From: Lingula anatina
Lineage: Eukaryota; Animalia; Brachiopoda
DNA length: 64,000 nucleotides
NCBI GenBank assembly: GCA_051362555.1
Contig: CM120640.1
Coordinates: 43,378,788 to 43,442,787 of the forward strand
Direction of reading: 5' to 3'
This document shows, in pieces, positions 53,826-64,000 of this stretch. Position 1 is the stretch's first letter, and each line of letters begins with the position of its first letter. The translations under genes were made by a program, and so were the position numbers. The notes beneath the pieces were generated by a model that was given only the letters and a program-made list of their open reading frames with translations, was not told the DNA's origin and searched no databases.

Positions 53826-56800
53826 CTACATATTTGCCAGCAAGTCATCAGCATCAAGATTATCAGATGAGCGATTTGAGAGTCCAGTGTTTCCTCTTTT
53901 TAGACTTGGGCGGCGACTGCTGACTGGACTGAAATGCAAACAGAAAAATATCATCTTTGTCAAATTAGTTGTTTAACAACTTAACATAATTACACCATTT
54001 TCCCCGAGAACATCACCATCAAAAATGTTCAATATAAATCCATAGTCACACTGGAAGAGAATATTTATTACAGAAACCTACGTGGTAGTTCGAGAAAAAC
54101 AAATAGGTTCGGAAAGAAAAGCAAATCATAATTTATTTGCACTTATACATTTTCACATAATCAAATAGTAACATCCTCAGGGAACAGATAACCTATCAAA
54201 GCTTCATCATTACCTTTCCATTCTGCCCTGTTGATTCATAGAAGTACCCTTGGGTAGTGTGGGTTTGGCAGGGGTCTGTTTCTTCTCACCACGTCTAGGA
54301 AGTCTGTGTGATAAAAATATCTTTTAAACATAATGAACACTGGTTCTGTTTGAATGTTGATAAACTAAGTACTTTAAACAATTGGAACAGGTTTTAGTTT
54401 TATAATTCAACAGTTTTACTTTCTTAAAGCAAGAAGTTCAATTTAAATAATATAAAAAAAGGAAAAACCCATATCTCATTAAATTTAACCCCATGACAAT
54501 AATACAGTTTGTTTCTGCCAGAAGTCTCTTATTTTTTCACCTACCTCTACTAGGCTAATCTAACCCCAATGTTTAAATCACTTGCCTCTTTTTTCTTCCA
54601 ATAGGTTCCTTTGGAATTGTGTCTTCATCATCATCTAAGACCAGACTTTCATCAAGTTCTGCACTCGGGGAATAGATTTTCTTAGCACTTTTTCCTTTTC
54701 CCTTTCCCTTTCCTTTGTATGTTGGAGTGGAAGCTCTCTTGAAGGAGAATAAAAAATGGAATTTTGCACAGTCAGGTTAATATGTACTAAGCAGAATTCT
54801 GCAGATATAAAATAAAATAAAACATGCTCAATGCAATGCAAGCATTAACAATGTTATTAATTAACCAAAACAAACTGTATCTTTCGTGTTCCTATTGTAT
54901 ATTTTACTTATCTTCTTGACTTAGAAATGATCATGAACCCTTACCTCCTCATCTTTGGTCACACTTTCATCACTAAAAACCAAAAAAAAAAAAAACTTCA
55001 GTTTTATCAACCATGCTCAACTCACTCTGTTCATAATTTACAACAATTATTATATGCAAATTCTCTATAAAATTAAGGAACTACAGTTTACACAAATCCC
55101 ACTTATAACTTGGAACTTTTGTCTTTCAATCACAAAATAATAAGCATGGTCAACCAACCTCTCCAACCTTGGCTGTTTGCTGTTCAGTTTTCTCTCAGGT
55201 ATATCTTGATCAGAGTCATTATTATCATCAGTATCAGAATCCCTTCCCCTGCCATGATCTCCACCTAAGATACAAGCAATGAAGTTCCACACTGACTAAA
55301 ATGTGCACTTTCTATCTATATTTCCAAAAGGTGTTTGTTTTTATTGTTTGATGCTTATTATGAATTAGACGTGTATTGACGTAACCATGGACTCTTCACT
55401 GTTAATACTGGTACAATATATGAATAACTGTGTGACTCATAATTTGTTATTATCATATAAATCTACCAACCTTCTAATCCATCTTGCTGGCCTGTAGCAA
55501 CATTTTCCACTGCAACAACAAGGTACTTATATGTTTCTTTAAAACAAACTAAAATTGTTCTGAATACTTAAGAAAAACTGAATGTTCAGTTACTTTTTTC
55601 CAATAAAATGATAAAACAAAAACTCAAGGGGAATCACAAATTTATCAAATAACAAATTTAATAGAAAACATGAAATGTTAGTGTATCATTAATAAAGGTA
55701 TTTTAACTCACATTTTTCATTAGTTTCCCTTATCTTTGCTTTCTTGCTATTCAAAATGGTTTGAAACTGAAAATGAAAGAAATTTTGTCTCCAGTATTAT
55801 TTAAAAATATACAATAAAGCACCAATTAGATTATTTAACTATTCATTTTTTTACTTTAACCGTTGTTTAAAGCATTACCTTTGCATAGAGGTCTTTCTCC
55901 ATTTCTTCTTTAGCAGAAACAACTTTGTCTAATCTCTAAAACATATGAATAAACAACAAATAAAGAATACATATTGAAGTAATAAGTTAGGAAGAATTTT
56001 AACTTTCATTGTAAGTCTAAAATCCTCTTACGTAAATAATATGCAAATTAACTGTACATAAAATGTGCATTTAAGAAATGAAGAACAATAAATATATGAT
56101 TTATGCTATGGGTTGCACCTTTAGTGCTTGTGCTCTTTCTCCAGACAGCCTTTCATTGTCTATCTTCAAAGAAGAAATTGTATCCAGTAGTTCCACTCTG
56201 CCTTCTATACAATAATTAAATATTTCTTGTATTGCGTGGGATGGGTCTTCCTTTTCCATAAGGGCAACTTCACCTATTTGGAACTGTTTACAAGACAGAA
56301 ATACAAGTTTTTTATACAAGGAGAGCATCAAATATTAAAATGATAAAAATTTATACCTCATACTGAGAAGGGCCATGATACAGTGGAAATAAACTTATTT
56401 AACTGGATTATAGGATGCATTTAAATTGACATGAATTAAAACAGGCAAATACTTTTATTAAACTTTCATGAAACAAACTGAAACCAGCTGATACACTGAA
56501 AACTTAACATGAAATTGTATGAGGATTAAAAAGTGATTCACTGCTGTCCATTTTTCAACAAAAACAAACAGAAAACACTTACTTTAATTTTTGACGAAGG
56601 TATATATTTCTTCCAAATAAAATTTATAATCCCTTCCTCTTCTTTTTTGACTTCATAGATAAAGTTAAAGGTGCCAACCTCCTCTCTTGTGAGAGCTTTC
56701 TTAGTCTGAGACACATAGTCATGGAAAGGAATTTTCTTTTCAGAACTTTGTTCATCCAGACTGTTTTCTGTTACTGTGTAGAAAAAATAGAAATAACAAA

Positions 56801-57201
56801 CAAATTGTCTTCTGTTACTGCATGTGTAGAAAAAATAGAAAATAAAAGAAATGCAAATTGAGTTACCAACTACAGGATTCATGAATCTTGATCTGACATG
56901 CCCATACATATGAACTAAATGTTCTTCAAGATCAATGACATTGTATGACCTGACCAAAACTTGATTGAAAATAGCACAAAGTCAACTGTACATAAGGTAA
57001 TTTAAGATATATATTTTTGAAAATGCTAACATGTATCTGTATGATGTACTTACACTCTCCACCCCATGCTTGCTTGCCATTTGACAGTAACAAATGATAT
57101 CCCTCTTTGCCTTCATCATGAACTGTGCTCAGTAAAAAGTAAGTTTTTTTGTCAGTGGTGGTGATTTTGGTAAAAGTCTTCCTTGTTCTGGACATTGTCA
57201 T
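53826..57201 (-). CDS. XRCC4: DNA repair protein XRCC4 (NHEJ), 11 coding exons, ~377 aa
   Basis: Exons: 57201-57054, 56773-56583, 56283-56119, 55935-55879, 55766-55712, 55509-55471, 55264-55159, 54972-54945, 54737-54586 (GC donor), 54303-54214, 53928-53826 (TAG); 1134 nt. Head domain LLLSNGKQAWGG; stalk NERL...VSAKEEMEKDLYAKFQTILNSKKAKIRE (ligase IV-binding helix); acidic DSDTDD resembling the CK2/FHA-docking site; C-terminal DADDLLANM. Confidence 0.9.
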
Positions 57202-57697
57202 TTATTGCTGGTCTGACAGTCAAGTTGTAAAAACCTTGATGATATCAGCTGTAGAAAGGCCTAGAAAGACAATTTAGTTTTGTTAAAGTTGACTTGTGTA
57301 TTTGTCAAAATAGATTCATTTTGCACAAGGCAGCTGAAAAAAATCCACTTTGAAGATAATAAATAGCTCAAGACAATCTTCACTTTCAAATATTCATAAG
57401 ATTAGGATTTACAAATAAAAGTGGCAAATGGTTTAGTACATGTCTATGTACCCAGTATGTGTAGCTGTAACTACAGTGTACACCCACATGTTAAACATAC
57501 AGTACTAGTACAATGTTCTTTACCTTGGTACAAGGTCATACTCTGATCCTTACTAACCGCACGTAATACTCTGATCCTTACTAACCGCAGGTAAGTATGG
57601 ATCGCTGGAGCACGCCATTGCATAAGCTACAGATATAAATTTTGTATTTGCTTATTAGGTTTTTTAGTTTTTAAGTCTGAGACTGAGAGAAACTAAC

Positions 57698-57967
57698 CTG
57701 TTAGTGTTACCCATGGGTTCTTCTGTACAGTTCTAGATGCTTTTATCTGTCTTAGATTAAATCAACACTGGGTAAGATATTTCAAATGCTCGCTCAGAAA
57801 AAAAATCTGCATATCACACATAATATATTTGACGAAAAAACTGTCTGCTCTCTTTCCGCATTCATTCACTTCACTTGTGTTTATTACCAACAACCGGTAC
57901 TCGGGTATTCCTTTGCCAACAACCGGTACTTGGGGTAGCAGGTAGCAGACAAGGACGATCATCGATC
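57698..57967. promoter_or_regulatory. Bidirectional promoter and 5'UTRs of XRCC4(-) and TMEM167A(+)
   Basis: Minus-strand donor CAG|gttagt at 57698; plus-strand ATG|gt at 57968; CpG-enriched; 15-bp direct repeat CCAACAACCGGTACT at 57887 and 57916. Confidence 0.6.
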
Positions 57968-60151
57968 ATGGTAGACAAAAGTTTTTAGTTATTTATTTTA
58001 CATTTTGGGGAAATATTCAGTTAACATGGTGTCTTATGCGCAACTGTATAGTATAGACTGTGTAGTAACTATTTCAATATAACCGTTCCATGGATAATAA
58101 AGTCAAACGACTGCGCTAAGTAGTACTTCTCCTGTTCTAGTGACACGTTGGCAAATTGTTTCACTAACTAGGGTTTAACTTAATGTCGTATTCCAGTGCG
58201 GACTACTTTTACCTAATATTGTAATTAATGAAGAATTCTCTTAGCTAAACTCTTGATAATCTGTAACACTCTCGGTTAGTTTCACATCCATTTTGTAGTC
58301 CTGTAAGCATGATCAGACAGTATCCATCTCGTAGCATCCTAAATGTTACAGCTTGATGAGTTACAAAGCAGCTTGTTACTTGTTGATACCACGCTCGGCT
58401 GTCACCTTGAATGGATAGTAAACAGTTGTTGTAAAATCACTAAATGATATTAAAACCCGGTGCATAAACTTGAAAACCGCCTAGGACTACCTTAGACTGC
58501 CACATTAATCCAATACAATGCAAAAATAAACTATAACAAGTGGTTAAAGCCTTCAAACTGAATGTCGTAAAGCCCCCATATACCTCCATAGAGACAATTA
58601 AATAGAGTAAGCTTGTGAACGAGAATTTACAATTTTAAACAGAATAATCGAAATAAAATACTGCCGGGCATCGGAGCGGCCTAAAACTTGGCACGCTTAC
58701 CGCAAATACTGCAGGCTACATCATCCCGTCGCTCGTTTGTAAATTCCGTGCATGGCATACGCACAATCAAACCGTATATCCAAATTCCACCTCTGATGTT
58801 TAAGTCGGTCCACTCCACAATCCAAATCAGGAAATGATGTAACCGCAGAGGTCGCATTGTCCAATGGCATGGCTTCTTTTTCGTAATGGGAGGTTAGAGT
58901 GGACCGACTTAAACATCAAAGGTGGAATTTGGATATACGGTTTGATTGTGCGTATGCCATGCATGGAATTTACAAACGAGCGGCGGGATGATGTAGCCTG
59001 CAGTATTTGCGGTAAGCGTGCCAAGTTTTAGGCCGCTCCGATGCCCGGCAGTATTTTATTTCGATTATTCTGTTTAAAATTGTAAATTCTTGTTTCACAA
59101 GCTTACTCTATTTTATTGTCTCTATGGAGGTATATGGGGACTTTACGACATTCGGTTTGAAGGCTTTAACCACTTGTTATAGTTTATTTTTGCATTGTAT
59201 TGGATTAATGTGGCAGTCTAAGGTAGTCCTAGGCGGTTTTCAAGTTTATGCACCGGGTTTTAATATCATTTAGCGATTTTACGACAACCGTTTACTATCC
59301 AATCAAGGTGACAGCCGAGCGTGGTTGATACTACTTCCTTATTTCATTTTTAAAGTCTTCCAACCTTTTTAAATGTTACAATTCGGTAATATGTGGTTTT
59401 AAAGTCAAGTTGAAGGGCAGTTCACTTCAACATTGCTACTGCCAATGTTACCAAATAAAGAATAATCTATGGTGTTTTTTAGTTTTAATAAAAAAATTGT
59501 GATTGATTTTTTTCCAGTCGGCCCTGTTTAATTTTCAAAGTCTACTGACCGTGATTCTCCTTATGATCTGCACTTGTGCCTATGTGAGGTCAATGGCTCC
59601 CAGGCTGCTGGACAAAAACAAGGAAGGGTAAGGTTATTGGCCTTACCACTGAGCTACATGTTCAAATACTACGTCTTTAATATTGTATTGTGCACTGATT
59701 ACTGTCACCTTCTGTTAGCCTAGTATATTATCATTAATTATGAAGTTGCATTTTAATGAATATAAGTTTGATTAATATACATGTATTTTAGTTAAAGCAT
59801 TTTTTCAGTATCTGAACGTACATCCAAGCTATTTATGTACAGTATTGCATATAATATGTATAATTCTAATTCTTATGTTTCAGATTACTAGGTATATTTT
59901 GGAAATGTGCAAGGATTGGTAAGTAATCACAAACTTGAGTTGATGGAGATTTAACTTTTTTATTTGGAGCACATTTAACATTGCGATATATAAAAAACAG
60001 CAAGTAGAATCTGGAGTAGTTTTGGAAATGTGGAATTTTATTCAATTTTTAATACAAATATTTTTTGCACTTCATTTTAGGTGAAAGAAAGAGTCCGTGG
60101 GTAGCAGTATGCTGTGTGGCCATGGCTTTCAGCATCTTGTTCTGGTCATAA
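57968..60151 (+). CDS. TMEM167A: Protein kish-A (TMEM167A), 72 aa, 4 coding exons; absent from ORF track
   Basis: Exons 57968-57970 (ATG then gtagac), 59518-59627, 59884-59918, 60081-60151 give [72 protein letters not shown], near-identical to Kish-A as I recall it. The ATG exon position is less certain (alternative ATG-gt at 58026-58028). Confidence 0.95.
58390..59323. mobile_element. 934-bp foldback DNA transposon (non-autonomous; P/Galileo-like or hAT) in TMEM167A intron 1
   Basis: Arms 58390-58815 and 58897-59323 are reverse complements with ~12 differences by eye; 81-bp spacer; CAC...GTG termini; 8-bp TSD GTTGATAC (58382-58389, 59324-59331). Confidence 0.93.
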
Positions 60152-61030
60152 TCTAACTTGAAAAGCTGGAATTTAACTCCCAGTTCCTTGTGCCAAGATG
60201 GATGCAATGAAGTACAGCAAAGCAAACATTTGAAGGATGCAGTGACAGACTTATCTGACAAAGTAGATGGGATATCTGGGCACACATGCACAGAGAGAGA
60301 GAGAAAGGAATGAAAAACTTCAGATTTGTGTTCAAGTTATTTATTAACAAACTGTATAAATATGTACAGCAATTACATTAACATTCATGAAAGAATAATA
60401 GTGTAATACTTTCTAAAAGGGAATGAAATTGGAGATATTTGCTGAAAGATGGATATTTTAGTGAAAAATCAATTTGATTATCTGCATATTGTAAAATCGA
60501 ACAAAGGCGCAATCAAGAACTGTTTAGAAGAAACAAAAGAATAACAGTTACAAAAAAATATATATAACACTTTCAGCAAGAGCAAAATAAGCCAGGAGAA
60601 AAAGCTAATAAGACTCTTGCACAGTAAATCATTTTCACAATTTTTTGACATCTGTAAATTTAGTCATTACACAATTTGAAGAACTTTAACTGAACTCCAT
60701 ATTGACTTTATACACTAGATCATGTTTAAAAAATCAATTTTATTTTATATGAAAAATACATTTTTAAAATATCAGAGATTCTTTGTTTTTTAAGATTGTC
60801 TCAGCACTGATGTAGCTTTGTGGGTCATTAGATTGCAACATGGAAACTGTGACCAACTAATCCTTGATGATACACAAATATCAGCTCTACAATATTTAAC
60901 AGTTTAGCACCGGTATCTTGGTGGAAATATTTCATATTCCAAAATCTGTCTAAAATAGACTATTTAGCAACCCTCAGAAATTACTACAATAAATATAGCA
61001 AAAAATACCAATTTAAAATATTAAACTTTC

Positions 61031-62721
61031 TTAATCTATCTTCATCTTTCTTCCATGCATTAATCTCATAAAAATAAGCCCCACTATTACACAAACATTA
61101 TCTAAAATAAGTCTTATGTGAACCCAGTAAGGTACTCTGCGTCTTTTAGTCCAAAAGTCTATGTCACCTTCAATAAATACACTGTATAATGTTATTAGGC
61201 CTATTGTAAGGTAACAGGCATCCCTCAAGTACATCCCAGAAAACAAAGCAACACTGCATGCTCCTAACATGCCAACTATGACATACAATGCCCAGTCTCC
61301 TCCTGGCAAATGAGCTTTTAGTCCATTTTTGTCATCAGAACTGTTCAATAGCAGGTATGATATGCAGACCAAGTAGGTCCCAAGGATTGCCTCTGAAGAT
61401 TTTCTAAGCTGTTTGGATGATGTTTTGTTCAGCAAGTCAGCAAAGTAAAGGTAAACCCCAACTGGACCAAGAAGACGGCTGGCAATTTTGACCTGTAAAA
61501 GATGAATTGGCCTTTTAGAGAACATACATTTAAAGATAAATTGCATAGTTCATTTACTAAGAGACTTGATGAGTGGTTTAGCAGCATTACAAACTTTGTG
61601 TGCACAAGTGGCCTCAAAATTTAGCTCTTAATTAACTTTTCTTAAATTTATAGGTCCCTGCATTTGAATATTGTTTCACTCATTATCACCCATTCTTATA
61701 TGTATCATAAATAAAACACTTCTAGGATAAGGTGAGATTTTCAAATGTACATCCCTTTTAACAGTGAGAGCTACACATTCTATTAATAATTAATAACTAA
61801 AACATAGATGATCTATGATACAAAAATCCTGCACATACCCTGAGCCAATCACTATACTGAAGTTTTGGATATGTGAGTGCTACATAAGCAAGATGTAGCA
61901 TCTGTCCACACAAAATCAGAGAGACTTCCTTTCTTTTCCATTTTAATTGGTATGCCATTCCACAGACCACTTGCACGATTACATGACCATATACCAGTTT
62001 AGGTGGCAACGGGGAGTCTCTGGAAAAGAATGTGCATGAAAATGATTTAAGAAAATGATTCATGCAAAAAGAAGAATCATCAATACTATTATTAACATAT
62101 AGCAAATTCCCCTGGATTAAGTGTTACATTATTTGGGAGAAATGCTACAGTAGTACTAAAGCTAATGCCATGTACCTCCTGTTTAGCACAAAATTTTGTG
62201 TGTTAGCATATGTATTTCTACTAGATAATAGATGTGCACAAATAGCACATATCTGACATATCAATACGATTACCAGTACTATTATAATTATTAAGAGTGC
62301 TAACGCGTGAATCTTGGGCGGTCAATCTTGGATGCTACTCTGGCATGTACAGTGCTGTACAATCGAATCTAATCAAATTTCAAGTTCTACTGGGCCAGCT
62401 TTATCAGAATAATGAAACAAATTTGCGAATAGAATATTACACGCTATTAATCACTGTGATGTATAAATGCTGAACAGGTGTATTGGGCCGGGTGTATTTC
62501 AACTAAGGTAAGGCAACGCAGGGAGGCACACCTGTCACTTACACCGCTACAATGTACTAAACCCCTGCGTATACTGATCGATATTGTATCATATAAAAAA
62601 CTTACTCCTCTCTGATTGCTGTCGCACCTATCACCATAAGCAACGTCACTGCGTTTACTAAAGGGAAACGAGAAAGGAAAAATAGGCAGGTCTTCAGCGC
62701 CCAGTCTCGCCAGTCAGCCAT
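61031..62721 (-). CDS. TMEM101: Transmembrane protein 101-like, 3 coding exons, ~252 aa
   Basis: Exons 62721-62606, 62019-61839, 61492-61031; 759 nt in frame. Multi-pass hydrophobic protein with LSRFP, YSDWLRVKIASR, LGTYLVCISY, HLPGG, LFSGMY and IEGDIDFWTKRRRVPYW matching the TMEM101 pattern. Confidence 0.88.
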
Positions 62722-62960
62722 TCCGGATATGACGTCAAATTCAGGCACTTAGAGTTCAAGGACGGCTTTTGAGGAAGAGGAGGCAGAATGAGCTCGGGGA
62801 GATAAATATCGGAGCTTTGACTTATTTTGTGCTTTGTTTGTGGGTAGACGTTTATTTATTTTTTGCACAGTGTCATTTTGCATATATTTTACTGAGTATA
62901 TATTAACATAAAATATGCTCGCTTCCTAAAAGTTGCAGTAGGCTTTGACTTCTACCAGGT
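62722..62960. promoter_or_regulatory. Probable bidirectional promoter of TMEM101(-) and VPS18(+) with ETS/CRE-like motif
   Basis: CCGGATATGACGTCA at 62723-62737 (perfect CRE TGACGTCA at 62730-62737) next to the TMEM101 ATG; candidate plus-strand donor CAG|gtatac at 62958; VPS18 ATG exon acceptor at 63413. Confidence 0.5.
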
Positions 62961-63435
62961 ATACATTTGTACTGTACAAGTACTGTACTGAGTACAGTAA
63001 GAGAATGCATAAAGTGCGAACTCCTGAATTCCTTTCCCCAGGCAATTAATATTTTTCGTTAACTTGAAGTCTCAGTGAAAAGGAATAGGTATTTGGAATG
63101 GCACATTTAAGTGCTGTATACGATTCATTTTAGCGCCATGTTACCTCCAAATTTATAACTTTTTTCTCCATGGGGAATGGCATTTTTATCCCAACACCTT
63201 AGCCTTTTTCATGTCTAGATGAGCTTATAGTAGACTACATGTCCTTGGGGGAAGTCATTTGTGCAAACTCATGCTGGTGATTTGCCTTTCTTGTACCTTA
63301 ACTAGACAATACATCTTCACCTTTTGCCTTGCTGCTCAATTTAAATGTCACGGTGAATGATTCTTCTGTTATTGGAACTAGATTTTATAAATCTCCTGAT
63401 TTTTAATTTTCAGTTTAAAGCTGACAAGAACAAAA

Positions 63436-63922
63436 ATGGCCAGTCTTTTTGACCAGTATGAGCAAGCTTCATCTAAAAGCTACAGCACCTATAAGCCAGC
63501 AGAAGCTGTGTTAGAACCAGTGAGTATTCCTGAGCAAGGTTCATACTGTCTTTAGCATGTTTTGATAGGCATTAAATATTATTTTAGCATTAGGAAAAGA
63601 TATTATGATAAAACTTTGAGTGATAAAATTGTCAGTAAATACAGTGTATTCAAAAATGTGTGACATACTAAACATTTCTAGAAAATTTATTTATATATTT
63701 CCTTACTTCATTTCTGAGCGTGTGTGTGAAATATTAGACTAAAATTGTTTTTTAACACCAACATTACATAAACTAAAATAATCAATGCTGTAACATTAAG
63801 AGGTGATGAGAAAAAATGCAGGATAAGACAATATTTCGTTTACAGATCCAGACATCAGGGTTTATCTCTGCAAGCCTAGATGATGAAACTCCAATCTTCA
63901 GCAAACAGAGAATTAACTTCAG
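63436..63922 (+). CDS. VPS18: VPS18 (HOPS/CORVET core subunit), first two coding exons; gene continues beyond window
   Basis: Exons 63436-63519 (MASLFDQYEQASSKSYSTYKPAEAVLEP, donor gtgagt) and 63846-63922 (IQTSGFISASLDDETPIFSKQRINF) resemble the VPS18 N-terminus (MASILDEYE...SGYVNAQLEKEVPIFTKQRIDF). Confidence 0.85.
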
Positions 63923-64000
63923 GTGACATTTTGTTGATAAGCAGTGAGACAGAATAATGAACAAAATGAAAGAAAAAAAACATATTCAAAATATTTTGTA

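Noticed and set aside
58827-59024. 65-aa ORF in the foldback element
   Set aside because: Lies in the TIR and spacer with no transposase or THAP motif.

Overview
AT-rich, intron-dense animal genomic DNA, probably an invertebrate lophotrochozoan. The HINE/pearl-type repeat is bivalve-like, but the species cannot be fixed from sequence alone. I assembled six spliced protein-coding genes by hand, arranged as three head-to-head pairs: KIF3B(-)/CRACR2A-Rab46(+), XRCC4(-)/TMEM167A-Kish(+) and TMEM101(-)/VPS18(+, only its first two coding exons). The ORF track misses TMEM167A and VPS18 entirely. Mobile DNA includes a 3.9-kb composite Helentron-type non-autonomous element in KIF3B intron 1, a 934-bp foldback element in TMEM167A intron 1, several Harbinger-like MITEs, a 5-bp-TSD MITE and microsatellites. 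Most notable observations: the XRCC4-TMEM167A divergent pair mirrors the human locus; candidate CRACR2A alternative exons would remove either the EF-hands or the Rab domain; XRCC4 has a GC-AG intron and a duplicated acceptor. No prokaryotic-type system, CRISPR array, tRNA or rRNA was seen. Homology calls rest on remembered protein sequences, not on database searches.
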